Positions 39,280 through 49,675 of a stretch of 64,000 bases of DNA are shown here, piece by piece. The notes beneath the pieces are model-generated. The model was not told the DNA's origin. It saw only the letters and a program-made list of their open reading frames with translations, and did no database searches. Source of the DNA: Syntrophales bacterium (GTDB lineage Bacteria; Desulfobacterota; Syntrophia; Syntrophales; PHBD01). The position numbers and the translations under genes were made by a program. Every line of letters begins with the position of its first letter. The stretch's first letter is position 1. The stretch lies in the NCBI GenBank assembly GCA_963668175.1, contig OY764159.1:1760001-1824000 (forward strand), written 5' to 3'.

Positions 39280-40420
39280 GATGCACCTCCATTATTTTCC
39301 GGAGTATTTCGGCCGAGGAAAAGGCCTCGCCCACGCGCGCAAGCGAGACGATTTCCGCCTTCTGTCTGCAGGCGGCCTCCCTCACGGGATGGATGTACTG
39401 ACCCAGGTTCATTTCCGGAACGATGATCGCCCTGGCCTTGTCCGCCGCGGCCCGGACTTCGTCTTCCGGAAAGGGCCAGAGGACGCGGGGCCGCATAAAC
39501 CCCACCTTAAGCCCCGACTCCCTCGCCTTGAGGACGGCCCCCCTGGCGGCGATGGCCGTGCAGCCGTAGGCGAGGACGACGATATCCGCATCTTCCATGA
39601 ACTCTTCCCGGACGTCCGTTATCTCTTTCCTGTTTTTTTCGATTTTGTTTGTGAGCCTTTCGATCAGGAGCCTGGACACGGCGAAATCGCTCGTGGCCTG
39701 GAAGCTGTCCTCGTTGTGGGCGCTGCTGTTTGCGTACCAGTGGTAGGGCGTCCCGAATTTCGCCATGGGCGGGACCCCCTTGTCGTTCCCCCGGTAGGGG
39801 TGGTACTGGTCCGGGGGCACGTCGGGTTCGGGCCTGTAGGCCGTTTTGACCGTCTCGTACGGCGGGAGCGTGACATTTTGCCGCATGTGCCCCACGACCT
39901 GGTCCGCGAGGAGGATGACGGGCACCCTGAACCTCTCGGAGAGATCGACCGCCCTGATCGTCAGGTCGAACATCTCCTGCACCGACGCGGGCGACAGGGC
40001 GATGATGGCATAGTCCCCGTGGGAGCCGTATCTTGCCTGCATCACGTCGCCCTGGGCCGGCGACGTCGCCATGCCGATGGACGGCCCCACCCTCTGCACG
40101 TTGACGAGCACAAGGGGAACTTCCACCATGCAGGCGAGCCCCAGGTTCTCCATCTTCAGCGAAAACCCCGGTCCGCTCGTCGCATCCATGGCCTTGACGC
40201 CGGTGAGGGCGGCCCCGATCGCTGCGGCGAGGCTTCCTATCTCGTCTTCCATCTGGATGAATTTTCCTCCGACCTCGGGGAGCCGCCTGGACATGACGTT
40301 GGCGATCTCGTTCGACGGCGTTATGGGATATCCCGCATAGAACCGGACGCCCGCCGCGATGGCGCCTTCCGCGCAGGCCTCGTTCCCCTGCATCAGCTTC
40401 ACTTTTCCTGTCTGTTCCAT
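39269..40420 (-). CDS. korA: 2-oxoacid:ferredoxin oxidoreductase alpha subunit
   Basis: Motifs GNEA, GYPITPS, QMEDE, ATSGPGFSL, PEMNLGQ. Confidence 0.93.
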   Translation of the reverse strand: MEQTGKVKLMQGNEACAEGAIAAGVRFYAGYPITPSNEIANVMSRRLPEVGGKFIQMEDEIGSLAAAIGAALTGVKAMDATSGPGFSLKMENLGLACMVEVPLVLVNVQRVGPSIGMATSPAQGDVMQARYGSHGDYAIIALSPASVQEMFDLTIRAVDLSERFRVPVILLADQVVGHMRQNVTLPPYETVKTAYRPEPDVPPDQYHPYRGNDKGVPPMAKFGTPYHWYANSSAHNEDSFQATSDFAVSRLLIERLTNKIEKNRKEITDVREEFMEDADIVVLAYGCTAIAARGAVLKARESGLKVGFMRPRVLWPFPEDEVRAAADKARAIIVPEMNLGQYIHPVREAACRQKAEIVSLARVGEAFSSAEILRKIMEVHHAL

Positions 40421-40424
40421 ATGT

Positions 40425-40610
40425 TCACACCTCTAATTCGACGGCATAATCCGGACACCATAATTCGCAAAGTCCGCACTTGCTGCATTTGTCCGCATGG
40501 ACAGGCTCCGGATAGCCTTCATCATTTGCTGCATAGACTTCCCGCGGGCATAACCCGATGCAGACGCCGCACTTTTTGCATCGCTCCGTATGAATCACAA
40601 TCTGGCTCAT
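40425..40610 (-). CDS. korD: 2x[4Fe-4S] ferredoxin-like delta subunit
   Basis: Motifs CKKCGVCIGLCP and CSKCGLCELWCPDYAV; first gene of the kor cluster. Confidence 0.88.
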   Translation of the reverse strand: MSQIVIHTERCKKCGVCIGLCPREVYAANDEGYPEPVHADKCSKCGLCELWCPDYAVELEV

Positions 40611-40659
40611 TTCATCAGCTCCATCGTTCCTTTTTCGCTCTTGGGGACATACCGTTGTT

Positions 40660-40696
40660 TCGTATATCGTATATGATATACGATATACGATGTCAA
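40660..40696 (-). promoter_or_regulatory. Palindromic operator (GntR-type) abutting a -35 TTGACA
   Basis: TCGTATATCGTATA-TGA-TATACGATATACGA with perfect 14-bp arms, followed by TGTCAA (TTGACA on minus strand). Confidence 0.75.
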
Positions 40697-41925
40697 GAAA
40701 ATCTTGCAACCCCCCGGAACCACATGTGTCCATGGGGTGCTCCCGGATGCGCGGCGTGAAAATGACGGTGAATGGGTCAGGCGGACCGGATGCAGCGGCA
40801 GGGCTTCCGGTTCTCCGCGGCTATTTTTTACTTTCCCCGGCAAACGGGATACGGACTTCGATTTCGTCCGGTTTCAGGGATGGTCCGGTAAAGGTGTCTT
40901 CAGTATGAAATAAAGGGAAGGGAGACGAAAGATAGACGGCACTATCCGCAACGGCAGGGCATATAAGGCCGGTACGATGTGAATCGGGCTCGGCGTGAGA
41001 TATCAGAAGCCATTTCGAGATTCGTTGCGGGTGGAACGGCATCTTCGAACGCGCCTGTCGGGACGGTCTGACCCGGCGTATTGACCGTAATTGAAGCAAC
41101 GTGTTGTTCGTAGCGGAAGCGGTAAGGCGGATGCGACAATATCCGGGAGGCTGGTCCCGATGAAGAATCCGCTCATTTTCTGTTGGGGGTTTATATCGTT
41201 TCCCCGGCCTGTTTATCACCTTCCCGGATTCCGGAACGCCGGGAAACTATCATGCGTGATCCGGGGCGCCGTATGCCCGTTGTCCGCAACAATTGTGTAT
41301 CGTTTTCCCGGGAAGGGACAAATATGTCTTGTTTCCCAAAGACTTCATGAGAAGCCATCCGCCGCTTGACCTCGCGCCGTATCCGAAACAGTTCCAGCCC
41401 CTTACCGGTCTTCCTCGTCGCCTTCTCCGGGACGGCGACAGCGGATGGCACAGATCTTGATATCTAAAGTTACAAAGAGCGTATGAAGTCGCAGGCAGGG
41501 CGCGATGAGCCATGGCGATTCAGTGGAGCTCCGCTCGTTGCGGCGCAAAGGATGACCATTCTCTTATAGGTCGACGATCGGTCGGGTGCAGAACATATCC
41601 CGCGGCCGTTTCCGGATACGTCACGGAAGGCATGACGATGTCGCGGGGTCGGCAAAAGCTGATCGTCAACAGGGGCGGGGTATTCCGGCTTCGGAATGCC
41701 CCGATGAGAGAATGAAGGTTTGAGCGGGGTTGGGGAAGCTTAGCGCTTCAGGAAAGATTATCGTCCGACACGGGAGGTATGGTTGCAGTGAAAAGGGTAC
41801 GGCGGGATCAAGACGGGGCAGGCGGCGTAAAGTTAAAGAGGGAGTTCTTTCCTGATATTATGGAATTAACGGAATTATACTTAACACCGATTTCAAACGG
41901 CACTTGAAAAGATGTTTCTTTTCAT

Positions 41926-41953
41926 TCTAATATCTGATATATCAGATATTAGA
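41926..41953 (+). promoter_or_regulatory. Perfect 28-bp palindromic operator upstream of gntR
   Basis: TCTAATATCTGATATATCAGATATTAGA equals its own reverse complement. Confidence 0.78.
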
Positions 41954-41983
41954 TATGAATAAACCGGTGGGAGGTGTGTTGTG

Positions 41984-42679
41984 ATGTCAGTGTTGAGGAA
42001 TATCGATATTCCAAGTTCTTTGAAAACTATGGCGTTGGAGTTGATTAAAGAGGCCATCCTCTCGCAAAGACTCAAGCCGGGGGAGATTTATAACGAGAAA
42101 AGGCTGGCGGAAGAGCTCGGGATTTCTAAAACGCCCGTCAGGGAGGCCCTTCTGGAGCTGTCCGCCAAAGGATTCATCGTTTTCCTTCCCCGCAGGGGCA
42201 TACGGGTGGCAAAAATGACGGAGAAGGATATCCGGGACCTGTATGAAGTCCGCAGGGCTTTGGAAATGGCTATCATCCGCTGCATTGTGCCTAAAATAAA
42301 CAAGAAAATGCTGGATAAGATAAACGCCATTCACAAGAAAGGTGAGAAGGCTTTCAAAGATAAAGACAATCTCGGCTATCTTCGGATCGATCGGGAGTTT
42401 CATTTCGCCCTGTCAAGTCTTACCGAGAACCCGTTCATGGTCAACTCTTTGGAGAATATTCGCGATCTGATTGACTGGATGGGCGCGAGGGCGCTGGTTA
42501 AGCAATCGCGCATGAGCGAGGTGCAGGACGAACACGAGGATATCATCAGGAAGATAGGCGATAAGGATCTGGAAGGCGCTGTTCAGATGATCGAACAGCA
42601 CATTAAAATAACGGAAGAGAACGTTTTGGAACAACTCAAAAAGGAGGAGATGCGATTAAGAAAAAAAAGCAACCATTAA
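41984..42679 (+). CDS. GntR (FadR/FCD) transcriptional regulator
   Basis: Motifs LAEELGISKTPVREAL, RRALE, FH, EH; GGAGG RBS. Confidence 0.93.
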   Translation: MSVLRNIDIPSSLKTMALELIKEAILSQRLKPGEIYNEKRLAEELGISKTPVREALLELSAKGFIVFLPRRGIRVAKMTEKDIRDLYEVRRALEMAIIRCIVPKINKKMLDKINAIHKKGEKAFKDKDNLGYLRIDREFHFALSSLTENPFMVNSLENIRDLIDWMGARALVKQSRMSEVQDEHEDIIRKIGDKDLEGAVQMIEQHIKITEENVLEQLKKEEMRLRKKSNH

Positions 42680-42740
42680 TCACTTAATCAACCGGAAATG
42701 TCATCAGAATTAATAAATACGCCTTTGAAGGAGTTGGGTT

Positions 42741-43886
42741 ATGTCAGAAATATTCGAATACATGGATGAGTTTGGTCCCGAGAAGATCTTGATTGTGCAC
42801 GATACGAAGACAGGTATGCAAGGAATGGTCGTGATCGACAATACGGCACGCGGTGTCGGAAAGGGAGGGTGTCGTATGGATGCGAACATGACCCTCCATG
42901 ACTGCTTCAGGCTGGCAAGGACGATGACCTGGAAATGGGCCATGGCCGATATCTTTCTGGGAGGCGCGAAGGCCGGCATAAAGAACGATCCGAAATCCCC
43001 GTTTAAGGAGGAGATCATCCGGGCATTCGTAAAGAAGATCCGCAAATTGCTTCCCGACGAATATGTCTTCGGAAACGATATGGGATTCGCCGAGAAAGAC
43101 GGAGCGATTGCGCTTGATGAAGCGGAGGATATGAAAACGGCCGTAGGCACGCCTGCTGAATTGGGAGGATTGCCCTACGACGAACTGGGCATTACGGGTT
43201 ACGGGGTCGTCGAGGCCGCCGAATGCGCAGCACCGTATAAGAAAATCAAGCTGCCGAAGGCCACCGTGTCCATCCAGGGATTCGGCGCGGTCGGCGCTTT
43301 CGCGGCCAAATTCATCAGCGCCAAAGGGGCCAAGGTCGTGGCCATATCGTCCGTGGATGGTTCCCTGTACGATCCGAAGGGGCTCGACATCGCCCGGTTG
43401 CTGGAATTACGCGAACAACACGGGGATAAATGCGTGGCTCTGTACGGCAAGGGCCAGGCGATTCCCGCCGGAAAAGAACTTGAACTCGATGTCGACATCC
43501 TGATTCCCGGCGCCACGGGCGACGTGATCACGGAAAAGAATATGAAGAATGTCAAAGCGAAGATGATCGTGGAAGGGGCCAATTTCCCGACCAGCGAGGC
43601 CGCGCAGAAATATTTCCACAAAAGCGGGATCCTGGTTGTTCCCGATTTCGTAGCCAATGCCGGTGCCGTTATGGGCGCGGGAAAGGCCATGGACAACCGG
43701 TACTCGTGCGACATTCTGGAGCCGCAGGAAGTTTATGACACGGTGAAGAAGAAGATGTGGAAGAACGTCGCCATGGTTTTGGATGAAGCGACGTCGTCTA
43801 AGAACCTGCCGCGGGAAGTGGCCCTGGCCATCTCGAAAGAGCGGGTCCTTAAAGCCATGAAGCTGCGCGGGCGCCTTCCGAAATAA
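42741..43886 (+). CDS. Glu/Leu/Phe/Val dehydrogenase
   Basis: Motifs KGGCR, MTWK, GGAK, TGYGV, QGFGAVG, EGANFP, PDFVANAG. Confidence 0.92.
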   Translation: MSEIFEYMDEFGPEKILIVHDTKTGMQGMVVIDNTARGVGKGGCRMDANMTLHDCFRLARTMTWKWAMADIFLGGAKAGIKNDPKSPFKEEIIRAFVKKIRKLLPDEYVFGNDMGFAEKDGAIALDEAEDMKTAVGTPAELGGLPYDELGITGYGVVEAAECAAPYKKIKLPKATVSIQGFGAVGAFAAKFISAKGAKVVAISSVDGSLYDPKGLDIARLLELREQHGDKCVALYGKGQAIPAGKELELDVDILIPGATGDVITEKNMKNVKAKMIVEGANFPTSEAAQKYFHKSGILVVPDFVANAGAVMGAGKAMDNRYSCDILEPQEVYDTVKKKMWKNVAMVLDEATSSKNLPREVALAISKERVLKAMKLRGRLPK

Positions 43887-43961
43887 CGGATTTGTTGTTG
43901 GTCGATCCCAGAAATTTTGCAGTTCCATACCCAATATTGCATGGAGGGGGGATTCACATTC

Positions 43962-44756
43962 ATGTGCAGCGAAAGGCTGGAGAACGATCCGGTCAGGTTC
44001 CGCGACCGGGTCAGACAAGGTCAATGGCAAAAATCAACCAACGGGGTCTGCCCCGGTTACGTCCAGGCCAATCTCGTCATTCTGCCGAGTAAATATGCTC
44101 TGGATTTTACCATCTTTTGTTTACGGAATCCGCAGCCCTGCCCGATCATAGAAATCCTCGAACCGGGAAATCCGATTGTGCAGGAAGCGGCTCCCCATGC
44201 GGACATCCGCACCGATCTGCCGAAATACTGCGTCTTCAGGGATTCAATGCTGGTCGAGGAGAAAACGGAGATCGGCGATATCTGGCAGGACGACCTGGTG
44301 ACCTTTTTGATCGGCTGCAGCTATACCTTTGAAGAGGCCCTCGTCCGGGGAGGGGTTCCCGTAAAGAACTACCTCCGGCAAAAAGATCCCGGCGTCTATG
44401 TCACTTCGGTCATGTGCCGGCCGGCCGGAATCTTTGAAGGGCCGATGGTGGTCTCCATGAGACCGATTCAAAGCCGTCTTGTTTCACGGGCGGTTCAAAT
44501 AACCTCAAGATTTCCCAAGGCGCACGGAGCGCCGGTCCACGTCGGCGATGGAAAATCCATCGGAGTTGCAAGACTCGACAAGGTCGACTTCGGCGAGCCG
44601 CCCGAATTGGAGGCGGACGATGTGCCTGTTTTCTGGGGGTGCGGCATCACCCCGCAACTGGTGGCCATGAAATCGAGAATTCCGTTCATGATCACCCACA
44701 AAGCCTGCCATATGTTTGTTACGGATGTGAAGATAGAAGAAATGGCAACTTCCTGA
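43962..44756 (+). CDS. D-glutamate cyclase family / putative hydro-lyase (DUF1445)
   Basis: Motifs PGYVQANLVIL, NPQPCP, DIRTDLPKY, IGCSYTFE, HGAPVH, PVFWGCGITPQ. Confidence 0.88.
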   Translation: MCSERLENDPVRFRDRVRQGQWQKSTNGVCPGYVQANLVILPSKYALDFTIFCLRNPQPCPIIEILEPGNPIVQEAAPHADIRTDLPKYCVFRDSMLVEEKTEIGDIWQDDLVTFLIGCSYTFEEALVRGGVPVKNYLRQKDPGVYVTSVMCRPAGIFEGPMVVSMRPIQSRLVSRAVQITSRFPKAHGAPVHVGDGKSIGVARLDKVDFGEPPELEADDVPVFWGCGITPQLVAMKSRIPFMITHKACHMFVTDVKIEEMATS

Positions 44757-45034
44757 TTTCCGGAATGTCAGGAAGACGATGATTAAAGAACGAAATTGAT
44801 ACGACCCCTCATATCACTTGGCGTTCACTGAAATTCGGAAGGGGGGTGGTTTTGGAAGAGCGGCAGGATATTAAAGAACCCTGATTTTGTCATTGATGCC
44901 TTCCAGATGACCCGCAAAGAAAAATACGACAACCGCATATAACACCAAAAGAATATTGGGGTGGTCATCCCTGCGGCTTCTACGCGCAGGAGGACCATTG
45001 AAAACCAACCAAGCCGATGTACGAGGAGGAAATA

Positions 45035-46288
45035 ATGAAACGAAGGGAAACTGCATTAGCGGTAATAGTTGCGATGATATGGGTGTTCATCGCCGTTGTG
45101 GGTGTCGGGGAATTAAATGCCGCAGACCAGAAACCGATACGTATCGGCGCCGTTTACGATCTGACCGGCGGGCTTTCCGTTTACGGCCAGGGGAGCAGCA
45201 TGACTGCAAAAGCCGCTATCGACCGGATCAATAAGATGGGGGGAATTGCCGGCCGTAAAGTGGAATATATCGTCGAGGACGGTGCTACCGATGCAACCAC
45301 GGGGCTCAGAAAATTTCGTAAGCTGGTTGAAAAAGACGAATGCGATTTCGTGCTGCTGAGCTGCAATTCCGCGTTGGGAATCGGGGCGCCGCCGCTGGCC
45401 AAGAAGTTCAATACGATCGTCTTCACCGAAGGGACCGCCCGGGATATCACGGGCTCGAAGGGAAACCGGTATGTCTTCCGGCAAATTGCCAATGCCGAAA
45501 TGGCGGCAATCGCCATGTCCCAGTTCGCGGCCAGGAATCTCGGGAAAAAAGCATACGGGATGGGTGCCGATTATGAGTGGGGGCACTCCGTTGTCGATAC
45601 GACGGAAAAGATTTTCAAACAGCTTGGGATAACGATGGCCGGGAAGGATTTCTCCCCGGTAGGGACAGTGGATTTTGTGCCGTATCTGAGCAAATTGCCT
45701 AAAGACATCGATTTCATCGTATCCGGATATTTCACGGCCGACGTCATCAAAATGACCAATCAGGCATGGGACCTCGGTTATCGGAAACCCATCTTCGTCG
45801 GCACCATTCAATCGATTCGCTATGCAGACCTCGGACCCGGCGCCGACCTGGTATGGTGCGGCACATACGGATCGCGAACGCTTGACGGCTTTCCAAAAGA
45901 GTTCAGAAATGCCCAGAAGGCCTATCGCGCCGCGGTCGGTATCGACGACGACGGCTGGGATAAATCCAAAAAGCTGAGCGCGGATTACATCTGGGCCGGC
46001 TGGGAAGGCGTCTACTGGATCAAGAAGGGCGTGGAAGACGGCCAATGGAAATCGAAGAAGGATAACCTGAAATTCATGAAGGCCCTGGAAGGCGCTCAGG
46101 TCAAGGCGGGAATCGAATTTCCCCAGGGGAGCAAAATGATGCGCGCACAGGACCATCAGGCCATTACCGACACGTATATTCTGAAGGGCGAAAAGGGAAG
46201 CATCGTGACCAAGGCCTGCATGAAAGGCAACGATGTTTTGAAGTACTACCCCGCGACGGTCGATTTTACGAAAGAAAAGGTTCAATAA
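45035..46288 (+). CDS. Branched-chain amino acid-type ABC transporter substrate-binding protein
   Basis: Signal peptide, PIRIG...LTG, INKMGGIAGR, DYEWG; GAGGAGG RBS. Confidence 0.9.
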   Translation: MKRRETALAVIVAMIWVFIAVVGVGELNAADQKPIRIGAVYDLTGGLSVYGQGSSMTAKAAIDRINKMGGIAGRKVEYIVEDGATDATTGLRKFRKLVEKDECDFVLLSCNSALGIGAPPLAKKFNTIVFTEGTARDITGSKGNRYVFRQIANAEMAAIAMSQFAARNLGKKAYGMGADYEWGHSVVDTTEKIFKQLGITMAGKDFSPVGTVDFVPYLSKLPKDIDFIVSGYFTADVIKMTNQAWDLGYRKPIFVGTIQSIRYADLGPGADLVWCGTYGSRTLDGFPKEFRNAQKAYRAAVGIDDDGWDKSKKLSADYIWAGWEGVYWIKKGVEDGQWKSKKDNLKFMKALEGAQVKAGIEFPQGSKMMRAQDHQAITDTYILKGEKGSIVTKACMKGNDVLKYYPATVDFTKEKVQ

Positions 46289-46369
46289 CGTCAACATCAC
46301 CTCGGACGATCCTTCCTGCGTGACGCGCAGGAAGGACCGTTCCGCCTCTATGAATATTGGGCTAATTTT

Positions 46370-47230
46370 ATGATCACTACAATCGAAATAGCAATTATTA
46401 ACGGTCTCACATGGTCCTGTATCCTGGCGATGGTGTCTCTCGGGCTTACGCTTATATACGGTCAACTGAACGTCATCAATATCGCGCACGGAGCCATGTA
46501 TACGATCGGCGCCGTAACGGCCTTCTATGCCGCCAGTTATCTGGGGTCATGGTGGTATTCTCTGGTCGGCAGTTGTATCGTTATGGCCGTCATTGCGGCC
46601 ATTATATACATGACCACCCTGAAATTTCGCATTATCGGGCATCCCATTGCGGTGACGCTGATCATTTGTTACGGCGTGATGTTCATCCTGGAACAGATCA
46701 CCCTGCTGATTTTCGGCGGCGCACCAAGGCTTCTGCCCAATCCTTTGCCTTATTCCATCAGTTTTCTCGGGATACAGTATCCCGTTTATCGTCTCTTTGC
46801 GGCCGCCTTTTCCCTGGCCGTCGTCGGGTGCCTTATCCTCTTTCTGAAGAAAACGCGGATGGGCGTCTGGATCAGATCGACCAATCAGGATCAGGACACC
46901 GCTTCCGCCATGGGTGTTCCGGTATCCAGGGTTTATCTGATGACCTTCGTTTTAGGATCGATTCTGGCGGCCCTGGGCGGCACGCTGGTGGCCCCCATGA
47001 CCAGCATTACCCATTCCATGGGTGCCGAGGTCATCATCGACGCCTTTATCGTGGTCATCGTCGCCGGTTTCGGCAGTATTCCGGGAACCATTATCTCTGC
47101 ACTGATTCTGACGCTGAGCAGCGGTATATTCTCCGTTATCATGAACCCGACTCTGGCAAAGAGCGTTTCACTCGCGATCATGATTTTGATTCTTTATATC
47201 AAGCCCGAAGGGATCGTGTCGCAGAAATAG
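46370..47230 (+). CDS. ABC transporter permease (LivH-like)
   Basis: Motifs GLTLIYG...NIAHG, AMGV, GFGSIPG. Confidence 0.92.
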   Translation: MITTIEIAIINGLTWSCILAMVSLGLTLIYGQLNVINIAHGAMYTIGAVTAFYAASYLGSWWYSLVGSCIVMAVIAAIIYMTTLKFRIIGHPIAVTLIICYGVMFILEQITLLIFGGAPRLLPNPLPYSISFLGIQYPVYRLFAAAFSLAVVGCLILFLKKTRMGVWIRSTNQDQDTASAMGVPVSRVYLMTFVLGSILAALGGTLVAPMTSITHSMGAEVIIDAFIVVIVAGFGSIPGTIISALILTLSSGIFSVIMNPTLAKSVSLAIMILILYIKPEGIVSQK

Positions 47231-47237
47231 GGAGGTA

Positions 47238-48188
47238 ATGTTCCAGATGAAAACCAAACTCTTGATTCTCATAATCGTAACGGCGGCTTTACTCGCAGCG
47301 CCGTTTTTTCTTGGAGACTACTACAAGGGGCTGCTTACGGAGGCGGTTCTCTTCGGTCTCTATTGTCTCGGCTTCGATATCATATTCGGGTTCACCGGGC
47401 TGCTCAATTTCGGCATAGCGGTCTTCTTCGGTTTGGGCGGTTATCTCATGCTGTGGAGCATCGTTCATCTCCAGACAGGCATATGGGGGGCGATGTTCCT
47501 CATGATCCTGGGGTCCGCCGTTTTTTCCTTTATCTACGGCATGGGCATCTCCCGCTTCAAAAGCCATTATTTCGTCGCGTTTACGATCGTTATCTCGATG
47601 ATCTTTTTCTACATCGCCATGGCTTTGCGCCCCATTACCGGCGGGGACGAAGGCCTGACTTTTGAAGTGCCGCCCCTGAATCTCGGGCTGGCGAGTCTGG
47701 AATATACGGATCTCGTCAGGTACTATTTCCCGCTGTTCATTGCCGGAGTAACGCTGGCCCTGGTCTGGCTATTCTTTCGAACGCCTTACGGGAAGGCGAT
47801 AGTCGCCGTCAGGGAAAACGAGGACCGCGCCAATATGATCGGCTATGATTCCACCAGGCTCAAGATTATCGCCTTCACGCTTTCGGGCACGATATGCAGT
47901 TTAGGAGGGGCTCTTTATGCCCTGCATATGGGATTCACCAGCGCCCATGCTTTCTTCTGGATATGGACGGCGCGGGCCGTGTGGTGGACGATCATCGGAG
48001 GCGTGGGAACGCTGTTCGGCGCATTTGTGGGGCCGGGTGTCCTGGTCTTCTTCGAGGACCTGTTGAGCAGTTGGAATTCGGATGTATATCTGATCGTGAT
48101 GGGCGTCATCATGATCCTGGCCATTATCTTCGCCCCGCAAGGCATAGTTCGGGTCGTACAGACCGCTCTTATAAGAAAAGGAAAATGA
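47238..48188 (+). CDS. ABC transporter permease (LivM-like)
   Basis: Motifs GFTGLLNFG, TGGDEG, AVRENEDRA, IIGGVGT. Confidence 0.92.
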   Translation: MFQMKTKLLILIIVTAALLAAPFFLGDYYKGLLTEAVLFGLYCLGFDIIFGFTGLLNFGIAVFFGLGGYLMLWSIVHLQTGIWGAMFLMILGSAVFSFIYGMGISRFKSHYFVAFTIVISMIFFYIAMALRPITGGDEGLTFEVPPLNLGLASLEYTDLVRYYFPLFIAGVTLALVWLFFRTPYGKAIVAVRENEDRANMIGYDSTRLKIIAFTLSGTICSLGGALYALHMGFTSAHAFFWIWTARAVWWTIIGGVGTLFGAFVGPGVLVFFEDLLSSWNSDVYLIVMGVIMILAIIFAPQGIVRVVQTALIRKGK

Positions 48189-48189
48189 T

Positions 48190-48963
48190 ATGCAGCAGGT
48201 CATATTAAGAACAGAAGGGTTGCTCAAGCGGTTCGGCGGATTGCTGGCGACGAACGAAGTCAATTTCGAACTTCACGACCGGGAGATCAAAGGACTCATT
48301 GGACCGAACGGAGCCGGAAAAACGACTTTTTACAATCTGCTGACGGGCGTCTACAAGCCGGATAAAGGGAAGGTCTTCTTTTACGATGAAGACATCACCG
48401 GATTGCCGCCCCATAAGATTTGCAGGAAGGGACTTGTCCGTACGTATCAGATCACGTCCATTTTTCCCAAATTAAGCGTGTATGAGAATGTCCGGCTGTC
48501 GACGCAGATCGGTTTCGGCCACGGCGTCAGCCCGTTTTTCAGCATTTCTCATTTCGGCGACATTGCCAAAAAGGTCGACCATATCCTCGAACTCCTGGAG
48601 ATAGCATCCCTGCGGGATGCTCTGGCCGGGGAAATATCTCAGGGGGATCAGAGGCTCCTGGAAGTGGCCATCGCCCTGGGCTCCAATCCCAAGGCGCTGA
48701 TCCTCGACGAACCCACGGCGGGCCTCAGCGCTCACGAAACGGTCCAGTTGACGAAGAAGGTTCGCGACCTTTTCGATGAGGGCATTATCAACAGTATTGT
48801 TCTCGTTGAACACGATATCGACATGGTGGTCAGCATGGCCCATACGATTTGCGTCCTGAATTATGGAGAAGTCATCAAGGACGGACCGACGACGGCCGTA
48901 TGCAATGATCCGAAAGTGCAGGAAGTATATCTTTGCGGAGGATTGAAGAATGTTGGAGATTAA
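48190..48963 (+). CDS. ABC transporter ATP-binding protein (LivG-like)
   Basis: Motifs GPNGAGKT, LDEPTAG, VEHD. Confidence 0.94.
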   Translation: MQQVILRTEGLLKRFGGLLATNEVNFELHDREIKGLIGPNGAGKTTFYNLLTGVYKPDKGKVFFYDEDITGLPPHKICRKGLVRTYQITSIFPKLSVYENVRLSTQIGFGHGVSPFFSISHFGDIAKKVDHILELLEIASLRDALAGEISQGDQRLLEVAIALGSNPKALILDEPTAGLSAHETVQLTKKVRDLFDEGIINSIVLVEHDIDMVVSMAHTICVLNYGEVIKDGPTTAVCNDPKVQEVYLCGGLKNVGD

Positions 48964-49675
48964 TGACCTTCATGCGTTTTACGGGAAAAGCCATATCATT
49001 CACGGCGTGTCGTTCCATGTGAAGGAAAGGGACGTCATCGGTATTCTCGGGCGCAACGGCGTCGGCAAGACGACGCTCCTCAGATGTATCTTGGGATTGA
49101 TGCCGCCGAGAAGACAGGGGTCCATCAAATTTCTCGAACAAGAGATAGCCGCCCTGCCGGCGCACAAAATAGCGGAGCTGGGCACCGGTTATGTGCCCCA
49201 GGGGAGACGGATATTCCCCCAGATGACGGTTTACGAGAATCTGGTCATTGCCGCCAAGAAGGGGAAGGTCGATCACGCAGAACTCAAAAAAGTCTACGCC
49301 AACTATCCCATTCTCGAAGAAAAGAAAAACCAATACGGCGGCAATTTGAGCGGCGGGCAGCAGCAAATGCTGGCCATCGGGAGGGCGGTGATGTCCAAGC
49401 CGAAACTCCTGATCATCGACGAACCGACGGAAGGCCTTCAGCCGTCCATGGTCATTGCCGTGCGGGATACCATCAGGGATTTGTGTGAGGGCGGAATGAC
49501 CGCCATCATTGCCGATCAGAACCTCGAAAACATCATGGCTTTGTGCACCAAGGTCTATGTCATCGAGAAGGGATTGATCCGGTATGAAGAAGTCAGGGAG
49601 AATCTGAGTACGGAATTGCTTCACAAGTTCCTCGGCGTGGGCGTCTCCTGCGAAGCCCCCGGCCTGAAGTCATAG
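48950..49675 (+). CDS. ABC transporter ATP-binding protein (LivF-like)
   Basis: Motifs GRNGVGKT, LSGGQQQ, IDEPTEG. Confidence 0.94.
   Translation: MLEINDLHAFYGKSHIIHGVSFHVKERDVIGILGRNGVGKTTLLRCILGLMPPRRQGSIKFLEQEIAALPAHKIAELGTGYVPQGRRIFPQMTVYENLVIAAKKGKVDHAELKKVYANYPILEEKKNQYGGNLSGGQQQMLAIGRAVMSKPKLLIIDEPTEGLQPSMVIAVRDTIRDLCEGGMTAIIADQNLENIMALCTKVYVIEKGLIRYEEVRENLSTELLHKFLGVGVSCEAPGLKS

Noticed and set aside
40821..40920. Minus-strand peptide EDTFTGPSLKPDEIEVRIPF resembling a xanthine-dehydrogenase FAD subunit segment
   Set aside because: Short, needs gaps, and has no flanking similarity; insufficient to call a pseudogene. The 1.2-kb gap 40700-41900 remains unexplained.
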